From: an uncultured Clostridia bacterium
GTDB lineage: Bacteria > Bacillota > Clostridia > Christensenellales > UBA1242
Assembly (NCBI GenBank): GCA_944349805.1
Contig: CALVNP010000004.1
Coordinates: 1 to 53,924 of the forward strand
DNA: 53,924 bases
Direction of reading: 5' to 3'
Shown: in pieces, positions 44,429-51,816 of the stretch
Layout of the letters: every line of letters starts with the position of its first letter
Position numbering within the stretch: position 1 is the stretch's first letter
The notes under the pieces: generated by a model
What the model saw: the letters and a program-made list of their open reading frames with translations, nothing else
The model's database searches: none
Told to the model about the DNA's origin: nothing
Position numbers and translations under genes: made by a program

Positions 44429-46060
44429 TTACAAACGATAAAAGTAAACAATTAAAATTAAGTGAAAAGCCAGATATATCACAAGAAATTGAATACATAG
44501 AAAATAAAAAGGAGCAATCAAACACAAAGTGTTCGGATTGCTCACAATTGGCGGAGAGAGTTGTGGTAAATTTGAACACAATTCCTCCAGATTTTCTATA
44601 GACTCGTCTATATTATTATCACTATTATTTAATATAATAATAATCCTATCGTCGTAAAGAATAACTTTATTAACTAACTTATCAATTATAATAGTTTTTG
44701 TTGCCTCGTCGCTCAATTCGGATTTTACAAAGCTCTTAAAGAAGAATAAAACTTGTTCTCTTGAGAGCTTTTCTTCTTTATTTGTTTCCTCAACTGTTAT
44801 TTGTTTATTAAGCTCTTCTTTTCTCTTTTCTAGTTTTACTAACTCTGTTTTAGTTGATTCTGTAAAAATTCCGTTTTTTATAGCTTCTAACATATTGGCT
44901 ATATGTTTTTCTGTGGTAGACAAATCTTGTCTTAAGATATTAAGTTCTGCACTTTCTGTTAGCGAAGAGTTATAAACTTCTACAACATTTTCTATAGTAT
45001 CTAAAATCTTATCTTCTGCAAGAATATTATTTAATACCAAGCTTACAACCAAGTCTTCCAGAGCGTCTTTGCGAACAGACAGCTTATTGCACTTATCTTT
45101 ATGTTTTTTCTTTGTAAAACATTTATAGTAGTGATAAATCGTTCCTTGTTTGCTTGTTCCAGATTCTCCAGTCATAAGACCTTTGCAATATCCGCAATAT
45201 AATTTGCCACTCAATCTATAATTTTCATAAGCTTTCATACGAGCTGGAGAGCGTTTGTTTATATCAATTCTATTCGAAACAGCCACAAAAGTCTCGGCGT
45301 CAATTATTCTGGGATAATAATTTTCTTTTGTGTATTGACCGTAATTCAATAGTCCAGTGTATTTGGCGTTTTTTAACATATTCATAATAGAGTTAGGACA
45401 AAATGGACGACCTTGCCTATTTCTTATTTGATTTTCGTTAAGATGTGCTGCAACTTCTTTAGCTGTAGAGCCAGTAGCATACATATCGAATATTTTTCTT
45501 ACAACTACAGCTTCGTCTTCGTTTATTTCAATTCGCTTGCCGGTTTGACCTTCTACGGCGACTGCTTTATATCCATACAACATATATCCACCTAAAAAAG
45601 TTCCTTTTTCTAAAGATTCAAATTGACCTCTTCTAACTTTTTGAGATAATTCACGAGAATAGTATTTTGCTAAAGCAACCAAAATTCCTTCAGTTAAAAT
45701 TCCGTTTATGTTTTCTGTTCCGTCTGGATTAACAGAAGTCTCTTGTGTTGCTGACAATAATTTAATACCATTTAATCGAAGTATTTTTTTATCTGCACCA
45801 TAATCTTCGTCGTCTCTGGCAAATCTGTCTACAGAATAAACTAAAACATAGTCAAATTGTTTATTAAAACTGTCTTGCAACATCTTTTGAAATTGTGGAC
45901 GATTGTCTGTTGTTGCTGTTTTTGCTCTGTCTATATATTCTTTTATAATACAAAGCTTATGTTTTGCTGCGTATTGATAACAGATTCTTAATTGACCTTC
46001 AATAGACTGTTCTGTTTGACCGTGCGAACTAAATCTTGCATATATTACGGCTTTTTTCAT
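44429..46060 (-). CDS. Large serine recombinase (integrase). The last ~45 codons are of doubtful authenticity.
   Basis: 543-aa ORF. Resolvase catalytic domain AVIYARFSSHGQTEQSIEGQ. Recombinase domain and Cys-rich zinc ribbon (CGYCKG...YYKC....KHKDKCN). Coiled coil. SD AAGGAG. The C-terminal tail reads through a terminator-like palindrome into AT-rich DNA. Confidence 0.85.
   Translation of the reverse strand: MKKAVIYARFSSHGQTEQSIEGQLRICYQYAAKHKLCIIKEYIDRAKTATTDNRPQFQKMLQDSFNKQFDYVLVYSVDRFARDDEDYGADKKILRLNGIKLLSATQETSVNPDGTENINGILTEGILVALAKYYSRELSQKVRRGQFESLEKGTFLGGYMLYGYKAVAVEGQTGKRIEINEDEAVVVRKIFDMYATGSTAKEVAAHLNENQIRNRQGRPFCPNSIMNMLKNAKYTGLLNYGQYTKENYYPRIIDAETFVAVSNRIDINKRSPARMKAYENYRLSGKLYCGYCKGLMTGESGTSKQGTIYHYYKCFTKKKHKDKCNKLSVRKDALEDLVVSLVLNNILAEDKILDTIENVVEVYNSSLTESAELNILRQDLSTTEKHIANMLEAIKNGIFTESTKTELVKLEKRKEELNKQITVEETNKEEKLSREQVLFFFKSFVKSELSDEATKTIIIDKLVNKVILYDDRIIIILNNSDNNIDESIENLEELCSNLPQLSPPIVSNPNTLCLIAPFYFLCIQFLVIYLAFHLILIVYFYRL
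44501..44543 (-). terminator. Terminator-like imperfect palindrome inside the 3-prime end of the recombinase ORF. Alternatively it is a hybrid att site.
   Basis: GAGCAATCAAACAC (44512-44525) / GTGTTCGGATTGCTC (44529-44543), 13 bp pairing with one bulge and loop AAA. On the minus strand it is followed by CTTTTTATTTT (44511-44501). Confidence 0.45.
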
Positions 46061-46320
46061 TTATTCTCCTTATCTTTCTTTTTATGATTCCTTTTTGTTA
46101 GTGGTCGCTTATCATAAAAAACTATACCGGCGTAAACAAAACAAAATCCAGCTAATATAAAGAAGATTAGATAAGCTCCCGATAAAATACCAGCACAAAC
46201 ACAAATAACGCCAATAGAGAGCGAAATAACAAGTTGCAAGATATTCTCATAACGGTAGGCAAAGGCAAACATAAGAATCATAAATACTATAAATATAATA
46301 ACAGCTATAAAATGTGGCAT
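46057..46320 (-). CDS. Small prophage membrane protein (3 TM, lysine-rich tail), function unknown
   Basis: 87 aa from the ATG at 46320, which is 1 nt after the repressor stop. Its stop overlaps the recombinase ATG (ATGA). Hydrophobic core with a C-terminal KRNHKKKDKENK. Confidence 0.6.
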   Translation of the reverse strand: MPHFIAVIIFIVFMILMFAFAYRYENILQLVISLSIGVICVCAGILSGAYLIFFILAGFCFVYAGIVFYDKRPLTKRNHKKKDKENK

Positions 46321-46321
46321 A

Positions 46322-46708
46322 TTATACACCGTCCTTTTTATTTAATAATTTTGTTGCGTAAGACAATACATCGCTTTGCTGCTCTTCTGTCAGAGTAGAG
46401 CATACTGCTATTATGGCGTTCTGGATAGGAGTTAAAGCTTTAGCGTTAGTTATATGGTTATTGTGATTATTGTCGCCAATTATTCCAGTGTTTGTTCCAA
46501 AGTTGGCACAATCAAAACCCAAAATAAAAGCTGGAGAAGTTTCAAGTGCTTTAGCAAGAGTAGCAATTTTATCTCTTCTTAAGTTTGCTATAAGTCCACT
46601 TTCCCACCTTTGAACAGTGGCTTTAGTTACTCCAACTTTAGCAGCAACTTCTTCTAATGTTAGCCCTAATTCAATTCTTCTATTTTTGATATATTCGTTA
46701 TATTTCAT
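46322..46708 (-). CDS. XRE-family HTH repressor (CI-like)
   Basis: 128 aa. HTH LTLEEVAAKVGVTKATVQRWESG. SD AAGGAG. Divergent from the Cro-like gene. I see no S24/LexA-type Ser-Lys autocleavage domain. Confidence 0.8.
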   Translation of the reverse strand: MKYNEYIKNRRIELGLTLEEVAAKVGVTKATVQRWESGLIANLRRDKIATLAKALETSPAFILGFDCANFGTNTGIIGDNNHNNHITNAKALTPIQNAIIAVCSTLTEEQQSDVLSYATKLLNKKDGV

Positions 46709-46734
46709 AGGTTTAACACTCCTTTTACGCTATA

Positions 46735-46860
46735 ATAATAGCATAAAGTTTCGCATTTCGCAACAATTTTTAGAAAAAATTAAAAAAAGTTTCGTAAAAT
46801 GCTTGACAATGCTTTTTCCCTTTGATATTATTAAGGCGTAAAGTTTCGTAAAAGAAACAT
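46735..46860. promoter_or_regulatory. Lysogeny switch region with divergent promoters and three copies of an AAAGTTTCG-type operator
   Basis: Rightward promoter: TTGACA (46804-46809), 17 nt, TATTAT (46827-46832). Leftward promoter (minus strand): TTGCGA (46764-46759), 18 nt, TATTAT (46740-46735). Operator-like sites: AAAGTTTCGCATTTCGCAAC (46747-46766), AAAGTTTCGTAAAA (46788-46801), and AAAGTTTCGTAAAAGAAACA (46841-46860, containing the inverted repeat GTTTC-N6-GAAAC). Confidence 0.7.
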
Positions 46861-46895
46861 TTTACAACTTAATACAAAAGGAGGTGTTGGTAACA

Positions 46896-47105
46896 ATGTT
46901 TGATAAAAATCTTCTAAAATCAGAACTTGTATTAAACGGCTTAACTCTTGAGAAGCTTGGCAAAATGCTTAATTTGTCTACTCCAACTATGAGTAAAAAG
47001 CTAAACGGCGTTAGTGAGTTTACGCTATCAGAAATACAAGCTCTTTCAAAAATTCTAGGAGAAGAAAAAGTTGTTGCTATTTTTTTTGCAACAAAAGTTT
47101 CGTAA
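46896..47105 (+). CDS. Cro-like / XRE-type small HTH regulator
   Basis: 69 aa from the ATG at 46896 (SD AAAGGAGGTG). HTH LTLEKLGKMLNLSTPTMSKKLNG. Confidence 0.7.
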   Translation: MFDKNLLKSELVLNGLTLEKLGKMLNLSTPTMSKKLNGVSEFTLSEIQALSKILGEEKVVAIFFATKVS

Positions 47106-47113
47106 AAGAAACA
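47094..47113 (+). promoter_or_regulatory. Fourth operator copy, an exact 20-nt repeat of 46841-46860, overlapping the Cro-like stop codon
   Basis: AAAGTTTCGTAAAAGAAACA is identical at both places. Each copy lies shortly upstream of an SD (AAAGGAGG / ACGGAGG). Confidence 0.6.
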
Positions 47114-47126
47114 AAACGGAGGAAAT

Positions 47127-47336
47127 ATGTTAGATTTGAAAGCGAAGTCGAACACTCTCAAACTCACTCCAACAGAAAACAGATTGCTGGGTTTATCTTT
47201 AGGAAAAGCTGTTGCAGACTTTTATAAAGACGAAAACAACCTTAAAGAGTTTAAAAAGCAAGAAGAAATTTTGAAAAAGGAGGTAAAAGAGCTTGAGATT
47301 AAAAGAAGTGCTAGAAGAAAAGCACAAGAAAGCTAA
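47127..47336 (+). CDS. Hypothetical small prophage protein (charged, helical)
   Basis: 69 aa. SD GGAGG 5 nt upstream of the ATG. Confidence 0.5.
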   Translation: MLDLKAKSNTLKLTPTENRLLGLSLGKAVADFYKDENNLKEFKKQEEILKKEVKELEIKRSARRKAQES

Positions 47337-47721
47337 AGTATTAGCACAAGAAATAGGAGCTGACGAGCCTATGATAAGCAAGTTTGTAAATTATAAATGT
47401 CTTCCTATTCCAGTCCAAATGGAAAAAATATGCGAGTCTTTAGATTGTCAAATATCAGATATTTATCAAGACGAAGAGATTTATTATAAGCAAGCACACA
47501 AAAAACCAACAAAAAAAGCAACGCAGAAAGCAGAATTATTAGACTTCTATAATTTATGTGTCAGACTTCCACGAGACGCTTGCAAGTGGCTTGCAAGAGA
47601 GAATTTAAAGAAGCTTGGCTACAAGGATTTATCAGATTGGATAAGAGACTGCTACAGACAACTACTAGAAAAAATAAAAAAAGACTGTTCCGACGCAAAC
47701 GAAAACAGCCCAGCGAAATAG
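47293..47721 (+). CDS. HTH (XRE-like) domain protein, early prophage regulator of unknown role
   Basis: 142 aa. TTG start with SD AAGGAGG ~10 nt upstream. N-terminal LKEVLEEKHKKAKVLAQEIGADEPMISKFVNYKCLP fits an HTH_XRE pattern. It overlaps the previous ORF by 44 nt. Confidence 0.55.
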   Translation: MRLKEVLEEKHKKAKVLAQEIGADEPMISKFVNYKCLPIPVQMEKICESLDCQISDIYQDEEIYYKQAHKKPTKKATQKAELLDFYNLCVRLPRDACKWLARENLKKLGYKDLSDWIRDCYRQLLEKIKKDCSDANENSPAK

Positions 47722-47782
47722 TTACATATCGCACCAGTATTTTAACAAAATTAAAATTTTAAGTCAAGAAAGGAGAAATATT

Positions 47783-48109
47783 ATGACAGAAAACAATCAA
47801 CCAACAATGGCAGAACACTGCATTGTTCAACCAAGTGAAGAAATGAAGAGACTTATTCAAACGAGAGAATCTTATTGTGTCGACGCAGAGATAAGCACGG
47901 CTGCACTTAAAGAGATTCTTAACAATCAAAATTATTGCAATCGTGAAGTTATTAAAAAAGCAGTAAGCAATCTTAATGCAGCTATTCAAATGATTGACTA
48001 CTATGACGAAAGGATAGCGGAGCAAGAAAAAATCGACAGAGAAAATTTTGCTTCAGAACAACAAAAGCAAGAATCAAAAGAAATTTTAGGTATTGGAGGT
48101 AAAAACTAA
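47783..48109 (+). CDS. Hypothetical prophage protein
   Basis: 108 aa. SD AAAGGAG. Confidence 0.5.
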   Translation: MTENNQPTMAEHCIVQPSEEMKRLIQTRESYCVDAEISTAALKEILNNQNYCNREVIKKAVSNLNAAIQMIDYYDERIAEQEKIDRENFASEQQKQESKEILGIGGKN

Positions 48110-48110
48110 A

Positions 48111-48776
48111 ATGGCAGATTTATTGAAAAAGAAAACAAAAGCACATACAAGATATTATCTTGCAGACGGAACGCTTGTTCCGGGAAGTACCACTGTTTGT
48201 GGAATCTTAAACAAACCAGCACTTGTAAAATGGGCTAATAATTTAGGCTTACAAGGAATTGACTCAACAAAATATACAGATAAGGCAGCAAAGATTGGCA
48301 CACTTATTCACGCTATGGTAGAAGCTCATATCACTGGCAATCCTATTGAAGACTACGAAGACTATTCGGAATTTGATGTAAAAATGGCAACTATTGGCTA
48401 CAACAAATATTTAGAGTGGGAGCAAGCTCATAAAATAGAGCCTATCTTCAACGAAAAGAAGTTTGTAAGCGAAAAGCATAAATACGGCGGCACGCTTGAC
48501 TTCTACTGTAAGCTAGACGGCAAATACACTTTAATTGACTTTAAGTCTGGTAAAGGCATTTTCAACGAACACTTCTTGCAAGTTAGCTCTTATGCGAATT
48601 TATTAACTGAAAATAAACACAAGGTAGAGCAAATTTTAATTTTAAATATTGGCAGAAACGAAGACGAGCCTTTTAAACACGAGGTCATTAACAAGCCTAC
48701 AATCAATAAATATTTCAAAATGTTTAAAGCTTGCTTGAGTGTTTACTACTGCAAAAAAGAATTGGATTGGAAATAG
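48111..48776 (+). CDS. PD-(D/E)XK (Cas4/RecB-like) nuclease, a putative recombination exonuclease
   Basis: 221 aa from the ATG at 48111. Motifs GGTLDF, LIDFKSGKG (D..(D/E)xK) and QVSSY (QxxxY). It lies adjacent to the annealase gene. Confidence 0.7.
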   Translation: MADLLKKKTKAHTRYYLADGTLVPGSTTVCGILNKPALVKWANNLGLQGIDSTKYTDKAAKIGTLIHAMVEAHITGNPIEDYEDYSEFDVKMATIGYNKYLEWEQAHKIEPIFNEKKFVSEKHKYGGTLDFYCKLDGKYTLIDFKSGKGIFNEHFLQVSSYANLLTENKHKVEQILILNIGRNEDEPFKHEVINKPTINKYFKMFKACLSVYYCKKELDWK

Positions 48777-48785
48777 GAGGAAATT

Positions 48786-49544
48786 ATGGCAACAAAAAAA
48801 GAAATCGAACAAGAAGCTGTAGATACGGCGAAAGTTGAGGTTGAAAAACTTGCAAAAAAAGATGTAGAACTAAAACCTCTTAACTTATATCAAAAAATTA
48901 ACGAAGTCAAAAAGGTTGTAAAAACTTTTACTAAAGACGCAAAAACAGAAGGCTCTGGCTCTTATACATATATCTCTGGAACACAGATTTTATCTGCAAT
49001 TAAAGAAAAAATGGAAGAGTTACAACTTTTATTACTACCGGTTGCTACAGAACATCAACATCACGAAACATATAACTACACTACTCGCAACGGACAAAAA
49101 ACAGACTTTATTGTTATCGGTAAAATTACTTACGAGTGGATAAATGCAGAAAATCCGGAAGAAAGACAAAGAGTTGATTGGCAATATTACGGAGAGCAAG
49201 GCGATATTTCTAAAGCTTTCGGCTCTGGACTTACTTATTCTGAAAGATATGTGTTGTTAAAATCTTTAGGCGTTCCAACTGACGACGAAGACCCAGACAC
49301 TCATACTGAAGATAAAACGCAAAATAAAGAAAATCCAAAACCGGCACAACCACCAAAACCAGCTGAAGAAAAGTCAAAATATAAAAAAGCTGAAGAATTA
49401 GCAAAGAAAAACGGCTTTTCAATGGAGCAAGTAAAAGAGTGGGTTAAGAAAAAATACAAAAAAGCAATCGCTATCAACTCCCTAACAGACGAACAATTTG
49501 ACGAATTGATGTCTGCTTTAGATAACGGCTCAAATGAACAGTAA
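48786..49544 (+). CDS. ERF-family single-strand annealing protein
   Basis: 252 aa. LYQKINEVKKVV...SYTYISGTQILSAIKEKMEELQLLL and AFGSGLTYSERYVLLKSLGVPTDDEDPD parallel the P22 Erf segments (KYKYRSCEDILEGVKPLL.. ; TGATSSYARKYCLNGLFGIDD). Acidic/basic C-terminal tail. Confidence 0.7.
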   Translation: MATKKEIEQEAVDTAKVEVEKLAKKDVELKPLNLYQKINEVKKVVKTFTKDAKTEGSGSYTYISGTQILSAIKEKMEELQLLLLPVATEHQHHETYNYTTRNGQKTDFIVIGKITYEWINAENPEERQRVDWQYYGEQGDISKAFGSGLTYSERYVLLKSLGVPTDDEDPDTHTEDKTQNKENPKPAQPPKPAEEKSKYKKAEELAKKNGFSMEQVKEWVKKKYKKAIAINSLTDEQFDELMSALDNGSNEQ

Positions 49545-49645
49545 GTTTATTGCCAGTCGTGCTTCAAAGTATATCAATGAAGACGGCGACTATGTTGTTA
49601 GCTTTGTTGTTAAAGGCGTAGATAAAATGGGAGTTAATCTGGCTT

Positions 49646-50110
49646 TTGAAGAACAAAAAGCTGAAAAAAAACAAGATTGAAACAATTTTAGAAGTTGATA
49701 TAAAGCCTTATAAATCTAGGCGAAGCATAGAACAAAATGCTGCATTATGGTTTTTGCTTACAAAGCTATCTGAAGCAATAAACGGCAGCAAAGATAAAAC
49801 TTCTGTAGAAGAAACATATTGCTTAATGCTCGAAGAAGCAAATGTTGCAAGTGAATTTATATTAGCTCCAAAAGAAGTTGAAGATTCGTTAAGAAGAAAC
49901 TTTAGAGCTATTAGCTTTAAAGGAACTAGAAATGTCGAAACAAAAGACGGAAGAACTAAAGAATTTAATATCTATCAATGTTATATAGGCTCTTCGAAAT
50001 ACAACACAAAAGAAATGTATCAGCTTATTATAAACACTTTACAAAAACTTGACGACAATGGAGTTAGAGATAGCGAAGTCGAAGCGTTTAGGAGAAAGTA
50101 TGAAAAGTAA
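49646..50110 (+). CDS. NinB/Orf-like recombination mediator. It probably lacks its N-terminal ~45 codons because of a frame change at an A8 run.
   Basis: RRSIEQNAALWFLLTKLSEAI matches lambda Orf RSLDQNRKLWACLGDVS. The track start is a TTG. An upstream 48-codon ORF (49534-49680) becomes in-frame if one A of the run at 49664-49671 is removed. Confidence 0.6.
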   Translation: MKNKKLKKNKIETILEVDIKPYKSRRSIEQNAALWFLLTKLSEAINGSKDKTSVEETYCLMLEEANVASEFILAPKEVEDSLRRNFRAISFKGTRNVETKDGRTKEFNIYQCYIGSSKYNTKEMYQLIINTLQKLDDNGVRDSEVEAFRRKYEK

Positions 50111-50399
50111 AAGAAGCAAAGCTTGTGATATACCAACAAGGGTTAAAAAAGCTGTTTGGGAAAGAGATAAACAACACTGTATTTACTGCGGAAGTGTAAG
50201 AGCTATGCCAAACGCACATTTTATAAGTCGAGCAAAAGGCGGTCTTGGAATTGAAGAAAATATTGTTACTTTATGTCAAAACTGCCACTACAACTTCGAT
50301 ATGACAGATATGCGAGAGCATTATAAAGAATATATCGAAAACTATTTAAAAAAGAAATATCCTAACTGGGATAAAGAAAATTTAATTTATAAGAGGTAA
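50100..50399 (+). CDS. HNH endonuclease
   Basis: 99 aa from the ATG at 50100 (SD AGGAG). C.YCG...........HFISRAKGG.....N.VTLCQNCH. Confidence 0.75.
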   Translation: MKSKRSKACDIPTRVKKAVWERDKQHCIYCGSVRAMPNAHFISRAKGGLGIEENIVTLCQNCHYNFDMTDMREHYKEYIENYLKKKYPNWDKENLIYKR

Positions 50400-50402
50400 T
50401 TT

Positions 50403-50753
50403 ATGAAAGTAAAAAAACGAACAATCCTTAATGAATCTGGATTTGAAAAAATAGACGAAAGCAATAAAGATAAAAACCTTAAAGCTTTCAACATTAAAGT
50501 TATAGAGAATGGCACTGGAAGAGAGTTAATAAACGAAGATACAGACTTTATTGCTGGAGTATTAAACTCTATAAAAAACAAAAAAGAAGACCAAACTGCT
50601 ATTGCTTGTTATACATTTTCAAAAACTGATATTAAAACTAGATTTAATAGTATAGAGGCTATGACGAATCTTATAGCAGACCAAAAGAAAAACCTTGTAA
50701 AAACCTTACTTATGGGCGAATTGGACGGCTTGTTTGGAGGAGATAATGAATAA
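50403..50753 (+). CDS. Hypothetical prophage protein
   Basis: 116 aa. SD GAGG. Confidence 0.5.
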   Translation: MKVKKRTILNESGFEKIDESNKDKNLKAFNIKVIENGTGRELINEDTDFIAGVLNSIKNKKEDQTAIACYTFSKTDIKTRFNSIEAMTNLIADQKKNLVKTLLMGELDGLFGGDNE

Positions 50754-51129
50754 AGTTATTCTTACTGGCAATTTAACAAAAGATGTTGAGTTGAGCGAAA
50801 CAAATAGTGGAATAAAAGTTGCAAGATTCACTCTTGCCGTTCAAAGAAGATTTGCGAACGCAGACGGCGAAAGAGAAGCAGATTTTATAAACATTATTGT
50901 CTGGAGAACTCAAGCTGAAAATTGCCACAAATATCTTAAAAAAGGAAGCAAAGCAGCTGTTATAGGAACACTCCAAACAAGAAATTATGAAGCTGACGAC
51001 GGCACTAAAAGATATGTAACAGAAGTGGTGGCGGAACAAGTGGAATTTATTGGAGCTAAAAGAGACGGCGAATCTTCTGGAGAACAACCAGAACTAACAC
51101 CAGTAGACGACGATACTTTGCCTTTCTAG
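50746..51129 (+). CDS. ssb: Single-stranded DNA-binding protein
   Basis: 127 aa from the ATG at 50746 (SD GGAGGAG). OB-fold pattern [16 protein letters not shown]......[10 protein letters not shown].......[14 protein letters not shown]. Acidic tip DDDTLPF. Confidence 0.9.
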   Translation: MNKVILTGNLTKDVELSETNSGIKVARFTLAVQRRFANADGEREADFINIIVWRTQAENCHKYLKKGSKAAVIGTLQTRNYEADDGTKRYVTEVVAEQVEFIGAKRDGESSGEQPELTPVDDDTLPF

Positions 51130-51138
51130 GAGGATGAT

Positions 51139-51813
51139 ATGGCAGAAAGAAGAATGTTTGCAAAAACAATAATTGATAGTGACGCATTTTTAGATATGCC
51201 ACTATCAACACAAGCGTTGTATTTTCACTTAGCTATGAGAGCTGACGACGAAGGGTTTGTAAATAATCCTAAAAAAATACAGCGTATGATTGGTGCTAGC
51301 GACGACGATTGTAGGATATTAGCTAGCAAACGATTTATCTTAACTTTTCAAAGCGGAATAATTGTTATTAAACACTGGAAAATTCATAACTACATACAGT
51401 CTGACAGATTTAAAGAAACTGTATATCTCGAAGAAAAAACTATGCTAGCACTAGACGATAACAAGGCGTATACAGAGCGTATACAAGATGTATCCACGCT
51501 GGATACACAGTATAGTATAGGTAAGGATAGTATAGTTAAGAGTAGTATAGAAAAGAAGGTCGCTGAAGCTCCTCTCTCTTGTAAAAGATTTGTTAAGCCA
51601 ACACTTGAAGAAGTTAAAGAATATTGCTTAAACAGAAAAAATAACATAGACGCTCAACAGTTTATAGACTTCTACGAGTCTAAAGGCTGGAAAGTCGGAA
51701 ATCAATCTATGAAAGATTGGAAAGCTTGCGTTAGAACTTGGGAGCAAAGAAACAAAGTAGAAAACAAGTCTACAAAAATTGCTGTTGCTTCAAAGTATCA
51801 AAGAGAGGAATAG
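51139..51813 (+). CDS. Phage replisome organizer (N-terminal organizer domain plus conserved phage C-terminal domain)
   Basis: 224 aa. MFAKTIIDSDAFLDMPLSTQALYFHLAMRADDEGFVNNPKKI is typical of the phage_rep_org_N family. The C-terminus is FIDFYESKGWKVGNQSMKDWKACVRTWEQR. Confidence 0.75.
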   Translation: MAERRMFAKTIIDSDAFLDMPLSTQALYFHLAMRADDEGFVNNPKKIQRMIGASDDDCRILASKRFILTFQSGIIVIKHWKIHNYIQSDRFKETVYLEEKTMLALDDNKAYTERIQDVSTLDTQYSIGKDSIVKSSIEKKVAEAPLSCKRFVKPTLEEVKEYCLNRKNNIDAQQFIDFYESKGWKVGNQSMKDWKACVRTWEQRNKVENKSTKIAVASKYQREE

Positions 51814-51816
51814 TCT

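Noticed and set aside
44395-44601. 68-aa plus-strand ORF at the prophage junction, considered as a remnant of a disrupted host gene
   Set aside because: It has a TTG start without an SD and no recognisable family, and it is antisense to the recombinase tail. I could not identify any interrupted host gene at the junction.
46617-47381. ORFs 46617..46841 (+), 46862..47167 (-) and 47199..47381 (-) across the lysogeny switch
   Set aside because: They span promoter and operator DNA or are antisense to SD-supported genes. None has start signals.
47556-48025. 68-aa Arg-rich alternate-frame ORF (47556..47762, +) and 88-aa antisense ORF (47759..48025, -)
   Set aside because: They have no SD and overlap better-supported genes. 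The composition is consistent with a frame-shifted reading of Lys/Glu-rich coding sequence.
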